A stretch of 64,000 nt of DNA, from positions 30,419-94,418 of the forward strand of contig JAFVTS010000010.1 in the NCBI GenBank assembly GCA_017503105.1, in the 5' to 3' direction. The DNA comes from Clostridia bacterium (lineage in GTDB: Bacteria > Bacillota > Clostridia > Oscillospirales > CAG-272). The notes beneath the pieces were generated by a model that saw nothing but the letters and a program-made list of their open reading frames with translations, searched no databases and was not told the origin of the DNA. Of the stretch, positions 1-11,743 are shown one piece after another; the first letter of the stretch is position 1, and each line of letters begins with the position of its first letter. The position numbers and the translations under genes are program-made.

Positions 1-690
1 GATAGAGTGATTGACGTGGATGAATTCGGCACTGATCGAGCCGAGCCTTACCGTATCGCCTGCTTCAACCGTTTTAAGCCTCGGCTGGAAGGACGGGGGA
101 TTTTCATCAAGCTTTCCCTCTATTATTCCAAGAGATAACTTAGTTCCGTAGATCGGAACGTCAAGCTGTGAGAGGACGTAAGGAATTGAACCGATGTGAT
201 CCTCGTGTCCGTGGGTTATAAGTATTCCCTTTATCTTATGGGCATTTGCCGTCAGATATGAAATGTCCGGAATTACGAGATCTACGCCGAGCATATCGTC
301 GTCGGGAAATCCCATTCCACAGTCAATTATAACTATATCGTCACCGCACTCAAAGGCGGTCATATTTTTTCCGATCTCCTGAAGTCCGCCAAGCGGAATT
401 ATGCGCAAGGTGGCACCCGTGTTAAGTTTTTTGTTTTTATTTTGTAAAGTATAGTTGTATTTATTTTTGCTTTGATTTCTTTTGGTCTCGTTTTTAACGC
501 GCAAGGAAGGCTCACGCCCCTTTTGCTCGGCAGCCTGTGCTTTCTTTTGGGAAGGCTTTGCGGCAGAGTCGTTCTTCGCCGCAGGTCTTCTCTTTTTAGC
601 AAACTTATTCTTTACAACCTTCTTTTGCTGCACGGGGGATTTAGCTCCCTCGTTCTTTTTTCTGTTCTTTTCTTCTTTTTTTTCGTTCAT
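1..690 (-). CDS. rnj: Ribonuclease J, 5' part (runs off the left edge), with a ~94-aa basic N-terminal extension
   Basis: Manual translation from ATG 690: MNEKKEEKNRKK...LRIIPLGGLQEIGKNMTAFE...DCGMGFPDDDMLGVDLVIPD...ITHGHEDHIG (metallo-beta-lactamase HxHxDH motif). Not in the ORF track because the stop is outside the window. Confidence 0.95.
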   Translation of the reverse strand, partial: MNEKKEEKNRKKNEGAKSPVQQKKVVKNKFAKKRRPAAKNDSAAKPSQKKAQAAEQKGREPSLRVKNETKRNQSKNKYNYTLQNKNKKLNTGATLRIIPLGGLQEIGKNMTAFECGDDIVIIDCGMGFPDDDMLGVDLVIPDISYLTANAHKIKGILITHGHEDHIGSIPYVLSQLDVPIYGTKLSLGIIEGKLDENPPSFQPRLKTVEAGDTVRLGSISAEFIHVNHSI

Positions 691-780
691 ATGCGTTTCC
701 TTATTTTATGTAATGCCCGCAAAGGAGCAGGCTGTTTCTTATAATAACCCTAATCCAACCTTTTCAGCTCTCAAAAAGAC

Positions 781-1047
781 TTACCCCGTATACCGTGTTA
801 AAATAAATAGGCTTATTGCGATTGCCAGAGCAGATATAAAACCGGCAAAAAAAGCAAGAAGCCTACCGTCTTTTTTTGTTTTTTCTTTTGTGCTTTCCTC
901 TATGAGCTTGTTTGCCTCTTTTATAAAATCTCCGTGTCTTTCGTCAAGAGTCACGTCCCGTGACAGTACAAAATAAGCTTCGTCGATCATAGGACTGTCA
1001 GTCTTTTTCAAGCAAACTACTCTTCTTTGATATCCTCTCAAGTCCAA
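781..1047 (-). CDS. Small hypothetical protein with a C-terminal transmembrane helix
   Basis: 88-aa ORF co-oriented with its neighbours; hydrophobic C-terminus LLAFFAGFISALAIAISLFIL. Start may be TTG at 1041. Confidence 0.7.
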   Translation of the reverse strand: MDLRGYQRRVVCLKKTDSPMIDEAYFVLSRDVTLDERHGDFIKEANKLIEESTKEKTKKDGRLLAFFAGFISALAIAISLFILTRYTG

Positions 1048-1147
1048 AGAACACCTCTCTTTCGGTATTCAATATAGACTTTTATCACGTTAAATATACA
1101 CTTCTTATAAAAATAATGTAGGGCTATATGAAAATGTAAGCTTTGGT

Positions 1148-1639
1148 TTACTTTCTTCCAAAGATTTTACCGAAGAAGCCTTTTTTCTTTTCCTCGGGCT
1201 TCGAAATTTCTTCTTTCTTTTCCTCTTTCGGCTCTTCGGCGATCTTCTTCTCGTTGATCACCTCGACGCTTATCTCTTCAATTACGGGCTCTGCGGATAT
1301 GGGAGCCGCAACTTCGACCTCGAGCTTCGAAATTTCTTCTTTGATCTCTTCATCTGCTATTTCTCTGTTTTCGAAAGAGGTTTCATTTCTTTCGTCCTTT
1401 TTGACGGAGCGTCTCTTCTTCTTTTCGGGAAGAGCTACTTCTATTTTCTCGTCAAGAAGCTCGTCAAAGCTGATCTCAAAGATCTCTTTCATTTTTATAA
1501 TCTTCGGGACCTCGGGATAGCACTGTCCGCTCTCCCATTTATGTACCGATTGACGGGAGACTTCAAGTGCCCTTGCAAGCTCATCCTGAGTTATCCCCTT
1601 CGTTTTTCTGAGTATTACGAGTTTTTGGCTGAGTGTCAT
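1148..1639 (-). CDS. XRE-family HTH protein with acidic linker and C-terminal amphipathic tail
   Basis: MTLSQKLVILRKTKGITQDELARALEVSRQSVHKWESGQCYPE is a typical HTH_3 pattern; AAAGGAG RBS precedes ATG 1639; ends KKKGFFGKIFGRK. Confidence 0.85.
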   Translation of the reverse strand: MTLSQKLVILRKTKGITQDELARALEVSRQSVHKWESGQCYPEVPKIIKMKEIFEISFDELLDEKIEVALPEKKKRRSVKKDERNETSFENREIADEEIKEEISKLEVEVAAPISAEPVIEEISVEVINEKKIAEEPKEEKKEEISKPEEKKKGFFGKIFGRK

Positions 1640-1667
1640 TTTCTTTTCTCCTTTTGTAAATGAAGAA

Positions 1668-2396
1668 TTATCGCTTGTTAAGCTCATTTTCCAACTCTTT
1701 GATTTTATCCTGATCTTCATTGTAGACGGCGAAGGTCGGAGTATCGAGCTTCCAACCCGTCGCATCTTCAATAAGATCGACCTCTACGGTCTTTTTCTGA
1801 GTTTTTTCCGAAGACGTACCTGCGTCCTTTGTGACGGTTATGCTTATGGAAACGGTAATTTTTTCTCCGTTAACGTCCACGACCTTTAAAGTCGAGTAAT
1901 CGTAAGTCACAAGATCCGTCTTTTTTCTTTTGTAGGTCGTGTCTACCATTATGACTTTTCTTTCCACGTCCTTGCCGTTTATATCCTGCTCGATCCTTAC
2001 GTCACCGTAATAACGCGTGTGAGAATCCACGCTTCCGTATAAAACACCCAAGAAAATATTATCCGCGTATCCGGGTGTATATACCTTAGTTATAAGAGTT
2101 CTCAAACCGTCGAAGTCGTTTATCTCTTCGCCAAGCTTCTGTTCGTAGCTTTGTATACTTCTCCCGTCAACCTCTTTATATACGGAGCTGTTCGTATCCA
2201 AAGGATCGGGACTTAATCCTTCTCCAAAGAGGATATCCTCTATTATCGCCGACTTTTTTATAAGCTTTTCAGCCGCCGCGATGACCTCAGCCTCGTCGTA
2301 ATCCCTGTCGCAGGAAACAAAAGAGGTAAATACCGTTGAAAAGAGAAGAACTATAATAAATAATTTATTTATAATTCCCGTTTTATTCTTCATCAC
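1668..2396 (-). CDS. Hypothetical lipoprotein
   Basis: Signal peptide with lipobox-like FVSC; overlaps the gyrA stop, suggesting coupling. Confidence 0.8.
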   Translation of the reverse strand: MMKNKTGIINKLFIIVLLFSTVFTSFVSCDRDYDEAEVIAAAEKLIKKSAIIEDILFGEGLSPDPLDTNSSVYKEVDGRSIQSYEQKLGEEINDFDGLRTLITKVYTPGYADNIFLGVLYGSVDSHTRYYGDVRIEQDINGKDVERKVIMVDTTYKRKKTDLVTYDYSTLKVVDVNGEKITVSISITVTKDAGTSSEKTQKKTVEVDLIEDATGWKLDTPTFAVYNEDQDKIKELENELNKR

Positions 2397-4953
2397 TTTC
2401 CGATGAAGGAATTTCTCCCTCTTCCTCCTCAGTCACGATTACTTTTTCTTCTGCTTCTGTGCTTTTTTCTATCTCTTTTTCTATTTTTTCGCTTGACTCT
2501 TCTATTTCTTCCTGCTTCTCAAGTCTTGCGACGTTGTTGATAATACAGCCGTCGGAAAGACGCATTATTATAACGCCCGTTGCCGTTCTTGAATAAACGT
2601 TGATACCAGAAACCGAGGTGCGTATTATCGTTCCTTCGTTGGTGATGAGCATTATGTCGTCATCGTCAGAAACGGTGATTATAGAAGAGAGCTTACCCGT
2701 CTTTTCGCTTATCTTATGGCAAGCAACGCCCTTTCCGCCTCTGTTCTTCATCTCACGGAAATCGTCGAAGCTCGTTCTCTTACCCATACCTTTTTCCGTA
2801 ACGGTAAGAAGAGTTTTGCCTTCCTCAACTCTTGCAGCTCCGACAACGACGTCATCACCTACGAGAGAAATTCCGCGCACGCCTCTTGCGCCTCTTCCCA
2901 TACATCTTACGTTATTTTCGTCAAATCTTACGGCAAGACCGTTTCTCGTCGCAAGTATAATGTTCTCCGTACCGTTAGTATGTCTTACGAAGAGCAATTC
3001 GTCGTTTTCGTCAAGATTTATAGCGATCTTTCCCGCGCTTCTCTGGTACTCAAACTCCTTGAGAAGAGTTCTCTTTATAACGCCGCGCTTGGTTATCATC
3101 GTAAGATATTCACCCTCTGTAAATTCCGTGATGGGAATTATCGAGGTAACGAACTCACCCTCTGTAAGATTGATTATATTTACGAGATTCGTGCCCTTTG
3201 CGGTCTTTGACGCCTCGGGAATTCTGTACGCCTTCTTTGCATAGACTCTTCCCTTATTGGTGAAGAACATAAGAAGTGAGTGGCTGTTTGAAACTATAAC
3301 GTCCTCAACGAAGTCGTCTTCCTTCGTCTTCATACCTATAACGCCCTTACCGCCTCTGTTCTGAGCGGAATACTCACTCGCCTTCTGGCGCTTGATATAT
3401 CCCGTGTGGCTGACGGTTATAACGCAGGTGTGACGCTCGATAAGATCCTCAAGATCTATCTCCTCAGACGCCTCAACGAGCTCGGAGCGTCTTTCGTCAC
3501 CGTACTTTTTCTTTATTTCTTCAAGCTCGGTCTTGAGTATCTCGCGCACCTTTCCCTCGTCGGCAAGAATAGAGCGTAATTCCGCAACTATTCCCTCAAG
3601 CTTTGCTATTCTGTCCTCTACCTTCTGCCTTTCGAGTCCTGAGAGCTTGCCGAGAGTCATCTCGACTATCGCCTGAGCCTGAGCGTCTGAGAGCGCGAAT
3701 CTTTCAATAAGAGCTTCCTTTGCCGCAGGAATAGACTCGCTTGACTTGATTATTTTTATGACCTCGTCAATATTATCTATCGCTATCTTATATCCCTCAA
3801 GTATATGCATCTCGCGAAGAGCCTTATCAAGGTCAAACTGAGTTCTCTTTATTATGACGCTCTTTTGAAATTCAATATACTTATCAAGAATCTGAAGAAG
3901 ATTCATAGTCTTAGGCTCACCGCCGTCTATGACGAGCATATTGACGGAGCAGGTATCCTGAAGCTGAGTATACTTATAAAGCTGATTGAGTATTACCTCT
4001 GCGTTAGCGTCGCGCCTGTACTCAACGACTATTCTCATACCGCCTCTGCCCGACTCGTCGCGAAGGGCGGTAAGACCCTCTATCTTCTTTTCTCTGTGGA
4101 GATTTGCGATAGTTTCGACGAGCATAGACTTATTTACCATATAAGGTATCTCGGTAAATACTATTTGCCTCTTATCATCGTTTATCTCGGCTCTTGCTCT
4201 TATGTAGATTCTGCCCTTACCCGTTTCGTAAGCCTCGCGGATTCCTCTTGAGCCGTAAATAATGGCAGCGGTAGGGAAGTCGGGACCCTTGATGAACTGC
4301 ATAACGTCTTCCGTCGTGCATTCGGGATTGTCTATTCTGTATACCGTTCCGTCTATTACCTCGGTCAAATTATGTGGCGGAATATTAGTAGCCATACCGA
4401 CGGCGATACCGACGGAGCCGTTTACGAGAAGGTTTGGGAAGCGCGATGGAAGCACGGTCGGCTCATCACGCGTGTTATCAAAGTTTCTTACCATAGGAAC
4501 GACGTTCTTCTCTATATCCGTCATCATATGGTTTGCCATACGGCTCATTCTCGCCTCAGTATAACGGTATGCCGCAGGCGGGTCACCGTCAACGTTACCG
4601 AAGTTTCCGTGACCCTCGATAAGAGTATAGCGAAGAGAGAAATCCTGCGCCATTCTTACCATAGTTCCGTAAACGGCGCTGTCACCGTGAGGATGGTATC
4701 TACCGAGAACGTTTCCGACGGTGGTAGCGGATTTTCTGAACGGCTTATCGTGAGTGAGATTATCCTCGTACATAGCGTAAAGAATACGTCTTTGTCCGGG
4801 CTTCATTCCGTCTCTTATATCGGGAAGAGCACGGGCGGTAATAACGCTCATAGAATACTCTATGAATGACGTTTTTACCTCTTTTTCCATATCTCTTTCC
4901 TCTATTTTTTGTAAAGGAAATTCAATATCGGAGCTTTTATATGTATGTTCCAT
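2383..4953 (-). CDS. gyrA: DNA gyrase subunit A
   Basis: [31 protein letters not shown] (catalytic Tyr), GyrA-box QNRGGKG; follows gyrB. Confidence 0.98.
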   Translation of the reverse strand: MEHTYKSSDIEFPLQKIEERDMEKEVKTSFIEYSMSVITARALPDIRDGMKPGQRRILYAMYEDNLTHDKPFRKSATTVGNVLGRYHPHGDSAVYGTMVRMAQDFSLRYTLIEGHGNFGNVDGDPPAAYRYTEARMSRMANHMMTDIEKNVVPMVRNFDNTRDEPTVLPSRFPNLLVNGSVGIAVGMATNIPPHNLTEVIDGTVYRIDNPECTTEDVMQFIKGPDFPTAAIIYGSRGIREAYETGKGRIYIRARAEINDDKRQIVFTEIPYMVNKSMLVETIANLHREKKIEGLTALRDESGRGGMRIVVEYRRDANAEVILNQLYKYTQLQDTCSVNMLVIDGGEPKTMNLLQILDKYIEFQKSVIIKRTQFDLDKALREMHILEGYKIAIDNIDEVIKIIKSSESIPAAKEALIERFALSDAQAQAIVEMTLGKLSGLERQKVEDRIAKLEGIVAELRSILADEGKVREILKTELEEIKKKYGDERRSELVEASEEIDLEDLIERHTCVITVSHTGYIKRQKASEYSAQNRGGKGVIGMKTKEDDFVEDVIVSNSHSLLMFFTNKGRVYAKKAYRIPEASKTAKGTNLVNIINLTEGEFVTSIIPITEFTEGEYLTMITKRGVIKRTLLKEFEYQRSAGKIAINLDENDELLFVRHTNGTENIILATRNGLAVRFDENNVRCMGRGARGVRGISLVGDDVVVGAARVEEGKTLLTVTEKGMGKRTSFDDFREMKNRGGKGVACHKISEKTGKLSSIITVSDDDDIMLITNEGTIIRTSVSGINVYSRTATGVIIMRLSDGCIINNVARLEKQEEIEESSEKIEKEIEKSTEAEEKVIVTEEEEGEIPSSESDEE

Positions 4954-4992
4954 TTTTATATCCTTTCGGGGGAATGTAACTTAATATTGGTC

Positions 4993-6918
<1,926 letters not shown>

Positions 6919-6948
6919 TTAAATGAAACCTTCCTTCATTTTAATCTT

Positions 6949-7221
6949 TTAGTCGTTATTTATTTCCGTAATTTTTTCCAAAGCTCTTAATTTCAAGCCC
7001 GAGGTGGATATTCTTGAAAGAGAGATCCTCACGCCGTCTTTATCGTCGTAAACCACGAATGAGCGCGGAAGATCCGTGTCGTCGTATTCCAAGAGCCCTT
7101 CTTTTTGCTTTTTGTTTATATAATTTTTTGTGATAGATGAAACGGTTGCGGTATCAAGATCAAAAATACCTATTATTCTATTTTTTCTTATACTTTTACC
7201 GTTACCCACGTGAAGAAACAT
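6949..7221 (-). CDS. remB: RemB/DUF370-family protein
   Basis: MFLHVG...IIGIFDLD...PRSFVV...LSRISTSGLKLR; conserved recF-remB-gyrB position in Firmicutes; GGAGG RBS before ATG 7221. Confidence 0.85.
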   Translation of the reverse strand: MFLHVGNGKSIRKNRIIGIFDLDTATVSSITKNYINKKQKEGLLEYDDTDLPRSFVVYDDKDGVRISLSRISTSGLKLRALEKITEINND

Positions 7222-8308
7222 AATTTCCTCCGACGACCTCTGTGACAGAATCGGCAAATTTCATATTTTCATCGTTTTCACAAGAGGTTATTATTACTTG
7301 CTTTTCTTTAATTCCGTTTATCACGAACGTGCGCCTCTTCTCATCAAGCTCGCTTAAAACGTCGTCAAGAAGATAAACGGGATATTCTCCGCAAATAGCT
7401 CTGTTTACCTCACCCTCGGCAAGCTTCAACGAAAGCACGGCAGACCTTTGCTGTCCTTGAGAGGCAAAGCTTCTTGAATTTTCTCCGTTTATATTTATCT
7501 CAATATCGTCTCTGTGAACGCCAAAGAGAGTAACACCCGCAGCTATTTCTCTTTCTACGCTTGAATTTAAAAGGCTTATATAAGCTTTTTTTATATCTTC
7601 TTTATCTTCAAGCTCTTCGTCTATCCCACTTTTATAAAAGAGAGAAAGCTCTTCTTTTCCGTCTGATATTTTATACTGTATTTCTTTTGAATAAACGTCA
7701 AGGCTTTTCAAATATTCTTTTCTGTACTTATAAATGTAAGAAGCGTATTCAGCCATAGTTTCGGACCAGGAATTAAGCTCGCCTATATCGAAATAAAATC
7801 CTGACTTCGCGTTTTTTAAAATACAGTTTCTGTTTTCAAGAGCTTTTTTATAATCAGCGTATAATTTTAAGTAAGATGGGAAACACTGTGATGCCGCGAT
7901 ATTTAAGAAGCTGCGCCTTTCCTCAGGCCCGTCTTTAATTATTTTCAAATCGTCAGGAGAGAAGAGAACGGTTTTAAAAGAACCTATCATCTCGGTTACC
8001 TTGCTTATTTTATATCCGTTCTTCTTTCTTCTTCTTTCTCTTCCGAAAAATGCGTATTCAAGCGACCCGTCACCCGAAGAATCCTCGTATTCGATAAATA
8101 TACGAAATCCTTCGGCTCCGTTTTTTACAAGCTCCTTTTCATCGGACGTTCTGAACGACCTTCCTCTTGAAAAAATATAAATTCCCTCAAGAGCGTTAGT
8201 CTTTCCTTGCGCGTTTTTTCCGTGAAGGAGGTTTATCCCGGGAGAAAAGCTTATATCGCATTTTTCTATATTACGGAAATTTTCCGCACAAAATCTTTTT
8301 ACTATCAT
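7202..8308 (-). CDS. recF: DNA replication/repair protein RecF
   Basis: NFRN, Walker A GKNAQGKTN, ASQGQQRS, LLDDVLSELD. Confidence 0.97.
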   Translation of the reverse strand: MIVKRFCAENFRNIEKCDISFSPGINLLHGKNAQGKTNALEGIYIFSRGRSFRTSDEKELVKNGAEGFRIFIEYEDSSGDGSLEYAFFGRERRRKKNGYKISKVTEMIGSFKTVLFSPDDLKIIKDGPEERRSFLNIAASQCFPSYLKLYADYKKALENRNCILKNAKSGFYFDIGELNSWSETMAEYASYIYKYRKEYLKSLDVYSKEIQYKISDGKEELSLFYKSGIDEELEDKEDIKKAYISLLNSSVEREIAAGVTLFGVHRDDIEININGENSRSFASQGQQRSAVLSLKLAEGEVNRAICGEYPVYLLDDVLSELDEKRRTFVINGIKEKQVIITSCENDENMKFADSVTEVVGGNYVSSRG

Positions 8309-8316
8309 TAAAGCCT

Positions 8317-9480
8317 TCAGTTAGAAGAATTTTCTTTAAGCTTTATGGGAAGAACTATGTAGATATAATCAAAGTCCTCACTCTTCTCGGCAGCCTCTAT
8401 CGTAATAGCAAGCGTGGGACTCTTCATACCGAGAACTATATTTTCACCCTCGGCAACTCTGACGCTGTTCATTATATAACGGCAGTTGAATCCCATCTCA
8501 ATGTCGCTTCCCTCGTGGACGCATTCTATCTCGTCCTTTACACGGCCGTTTACGGAAGTGGAATTTATATGGAATATCTGATCCTCCGCCTTTATCTTTA
8601 CGTATCCCATATCGCTTCCCTTTATCTTCTCGTCGGCTATTATATTAGCTCTTTCAAGAGAGTCAATAAGCTTTTCCTTATCTATCGTAACGATAATATC
8701 GTTTTCCTTAGGTATGATCCTGTTATAATCTATATACTCGCTGTCGATGGTTCTCGTAAAGAATATCGTTTCTCCCTTTCTTACTATCGCGTGTTTTCTT
8801 GAAACGTATATCTTTACCTTTTCGTTTTCGCCGTCAAGAAGAATTTTTGAAAGCTCGGGAAGTGCGTGACCCGGAATTATAAGGCTTATATCATCAAAAT
8901 TACTGTCGCCTATTGAATAAATTTCACACTTAGCGGTGCATTTTGAAAGTATAAACGTATTGCAGGAAACTACCTCAAGAGTATTTCCTTTTATTTTAAA
9001 GAAAGCTCCGCAAAGCATCTGCCTCGTAGATTGATCGGCAACGGAGTGAATTACCTTTCCTATCATCTTGGCAACGATGTCACTGTCTATCTCAAATCCC
9101 TTATCCGTTACAAGATCGGGGAAGGAGGGGAAATCCTCACCCTTCATACAGGACATAGAGAACGAAGCTCTTCCGCTTCTTATATAACAGTTATAAGAGC
9201 CGTCTATTTCTATCTCTATCTCATCTTCCGAAAGAGATCTTACGGCTTGCATAAGTCTTGTGGCGTTTATTATGTACTTGCCGCCCTCCTCGATCGATTC
9301 CGCGTCTACGGTTATTCTTATACCCTTAGTCATATCGTAAGAGGAAATCCTTATTTTGTCGTCTTCCGTAGTTTCTATAAGAAAGCCCTCTATGTTGGTT
9401 ATGGTGTTTTTCTTTGAAACCGTTCCCATAGCGGTCATAAGCGCGTCTGTGAATACGTCTCTTTTAACTGTTATTTTCAT
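8317..9480 (-). CDS. dnaN: DNA polymerase III beta sliding clamp
   Basis: 387 aa directly downstream of dnaA; EDFPSFP, YIDYNRIIP, GFNCRY, C-terminal IVLPI. Confidence 0.93.
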   Translation of the reverse strand: MKITVKRDVFTDALMTAMGTVSKKNTITNIEGFLIETTEDDKIRISSYDMTKGIRITVDAESIEEGGKYIINATRLMQAVRSLSEDEIEIEIDGSYNCYIRSGRASFSMSCMKGEDFPSFPDLVTDKGFEIDSDIVAKMIGKVIHSVADQSTRQMLCGAFFKIKGNTLEVVSCNTFILSKCTAKCEIYSIGDSNFDDISLIIPGHALPELSKILLDGENEKVKIYVSRKHAIVRKGETIFFTRTIDSEYIDYNRIIPKENDIIVTIDKEKLIDSLERANIIADEKIKGSDMGYVKIKAEDQIFHINSTSVNGRVKDEIECVHEGSDIEMGFNCRYIMNSVRVAEGENIVLGMKSPTLAITIEAAEKSEDFDYIYIVLPIKLKENSSN

Positions 9481-9737
9481 TTTTTAACTTCCTCCTGTGT
9501 GTTTTTTCGGCGAAGCCGTAAAGAATAAATATAATTATATAGGTTGTTGATATTGTTGTAGTGTGTGTCTAAATTGTTTAAAACTCATTTTTCTGTTGAT
9601 TTTGTTCACTTTTTCGGTCTTTAATTTAAACATTTTCTTTGTTCATTTGCGTTTTTAAAAAGATGATTTTTAATGAACAAAAATATAAACGTGTATTAAA
9701 CAGGGTTTTATAAACAATTAAACAAAAAATTGTTGAA
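9481..9737. other. Putative chromosomal origin (oriC) with non-canonical DnaA boxes and AT-rich unwinding region
   Basis: dnaA-dnaN intergenic position; about 12 WWWTNAACA-like 9-mers between 9545 and 9739; tandem boxes at 9566-9583 next to a trinucleotide-like run and an AT-rich stretch (9524-9565). Confidence 0.8.
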
Positions 9738-11174
9738 TTATTTTATATCCTTAACTTCTTTAATGAGAGCTAATATTTCAGCCTCTTTATTTTTAACCGT
9801 TCTCATCATAAGATCCACTTTTTCAAGAGAATATATCATAGTAGAGTGATTACGTCCTCCGAGTGCCTGTCCTATCTCATCAAGAGTAAGCGTGGTTATA
9901 CTCTTAATAATATGAGCGGCAACTTGCCTTGCGTTAGTAATGGTTCCCGTTTTCTTTTTTGATTTTATGTCCTCTACCGAAACGCCGTAGTGCTTGCTTA
10001 CTATCGAAAGTATTCTCTCCACCATAATATCGGGAGGAATATTACCTGGGTCAACAACGGAAATAGCCTCGTCTATTACCGATTTTGTTATCTCCGTGCC
10101 CGAGAAGGTCTTCATAGCGTAGAGCTTCGTTATAACACCCTCAATCTGTCTTATGTTGGATATAAGCCTCTCCGCTATGTAATAAACGAGATTTTGCGGT
10201 ATCTCAAGCCCGAGCGCTTTAGCTTTTTTAAGTATTATAGCGCTCCTAAGCTCGATATTAGGCGGCTGAACGTCAACTATAAGACCCATTTCAAAACGAG
10301 TATGAAGTCTGTCCGTCAGAGGCTTTATTTCCTTCGGTGGACGGTCTGAGGTAAGAACTATTTGCTTTTCACTCTCATAAAGAATGGTGATCGTATTGAA
10401 TATCTCTTCCTGCATAGATTCTTTTCTTGCAATAGACTGTATATCGTCTATCAGAAGAACGTCTGCGGAACGATATTTTTCCTTAAATAAATAGGTGGAG
10501 TTGGTATTTATTGAAATAATAAGCTCGTTTAAAAATTCCTCGCATTTTTTGTAGATTATCTTAAGCTCCGGGTTGTTTTTTCTCAAGTGATTTATAATAG
10601 CGTAAAGAAGGTGAGTTTTACCAAGACCCGAGTTTCCGTGGATAAAGAGAGGGTTGAACTGATTTGAAGACGGCTCCGTAGCAACGGCGAAGCACGCCGC
10701 CTTAGCAAATTTATTAGAATCACCTTCTATGAAATTATCAAACGTATACTGCTCTATCAGCGACTTTTTATCGGTGTTGTTTCCTTTCAGAAAATCGCTG
10801 ATCATCTCAGACTTTTTCTCTTCCTCCAAGCGCTCCCGCTCTTGCTCCTCGGGTGTCTTTACGGGAGTTCTTTTTATTTCGTCTATATAAGAGGGAACGA
10901 GCGGAAAATCCTTCTCGGGATCCTTTTCGCTTTCTATTTTTATGTTTACGCTAAATCCGATAACTTCCTCAAGAGTTTGCTCTATTACGGTGCCGTATTT
11001 TTGAACGAGTATCTTCTTTTTCAGAGGCGACGGAGCTAAAAAAACAGCCTCTTGCTCACTTAACGAAACAAGCTTTAAATTTCCGAACCAAAGATTGAAT
11101 ATCGATTTAGAGGTGTTAAGCTTTTGCTCTATGAGATTCAAAAATTCATTCAGTATATCCGAAAGTTCGTCCAT
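9738..11174 (-). CDS. dnaA: Chromosomal replication initiator DnaA
   Basis: YTFDNFIEG, NPLFIHGNSGLGKTHL, LLIDDIQ, LTSDRPP, NIRQIEG; domain IV ARQ...IG...GGRNHST. ATG 11174 fits the AAAGGAG RBS better than TTG 11183. Confidence 0.97.
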   Translation of the reverse strand: MDELSDILNEFLNLIEQKLNTSKSIFNLWFGNLKLVSLSEQEAVFLAPSPLKKKILVQKYGTVIEQTLEEVIGFSVNIKIESEKDPEKDFPLVPSYIDEIKRTPVKTPEEQERERLEEEKKSEMISDFLKGNNTDKKSLIEQYTFDNFIEGDSNKFAKAACFAVATEPSSNQFNPLFIHGNSGLGKTHLLYAIINHLRKNNPELKIIYKKCEEFLNELIISINTNSTYLFKEKYRSADVLLIDDIQSIARKESMQEEIFNTITILYESEKQIVLTSDRPPKEIKPLTDRLHTRFEMGLIVDVQPPNIELRSAIILKKAKALGLEIPQNLVYYIAERLISNIRQIEGVITKLYAMKTFSGTEITKSVIDEAISVVDPGNIPPDIMVERILSIVSKHYGVSVEDIKSKKKTGTITNARQVAAHIIKSITTLTLDEIGQALGGRNHSTMIYSLEKVDLMMRTVKNKEAEILALIKEVKDIK

Positions 11175-11356
11175 CTTAATCAACTCCTTTATCGGGTAAT
11201 TTAAAATATTTTATATACTAATAGTAAAAGTTATAATATATTATAACATAAAATAAATAAAAAAGCAAGGAAAAAACGGAAAAATATACTTTTCCGTTTA
11301 TATAAAAATGTTAATTTTTTATAAATTTTAAATAATAAACGCGCGTGCGTGATGTT

Positions 11357-11722
11357 TTACATTCTTTTCGTTTTACTTCTGAAGATAACGGACGCCAAAA
11401 ATCCGAGTACCAAAGCAGCAGTTATTCCCAAAGCGGAAGCCGAAAGTCCTCCTTCGAGAATACCTATAATTCCCTTTTCGTTGACGGCTTCAAAAACGCC
11501 TCTTCCTATATTTGCGCCGAAGCCTATAAGGGGAAGGGACGCGCCGCAGCCGAAAATATCAAAGAGCGGCTCGTATATTCCGACCGCGTAGAGAAAAACG
11601 CCGAGGCAAACGTAAATTACCAATATCCTCGCGGGAGTCAATCGCGTAAGGTCGATGAGAAGCTGAGCCAAAAAGCAAAGCGCACCGCCGAGAATAAAAA
11701 CCAAAATTAAATTATGCTCCAT
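11357..11722 (-). CDS. spoVAE: Stage V sporulation protein AE
   Basis: GGALCFLAQLLID.T.LTPARILV, GASLPLIGFG; third gene of the spoVAC-D-E cluster. Confidence 0.9.
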   Translation of the reverse strand: MEHNLILVFILGGALCFLAQLLIDLTRLTPARILVIYVCLGVFLYAVGIYEPLFDIFGCGASLPLIGFGANIGRGVFEAVNEKGIIGILEGGLSASALGITAALVLGFLASVIFRSKTKRM

Positions 11723-11743
11723 AAGATCTCCTTTTTATTTTTA

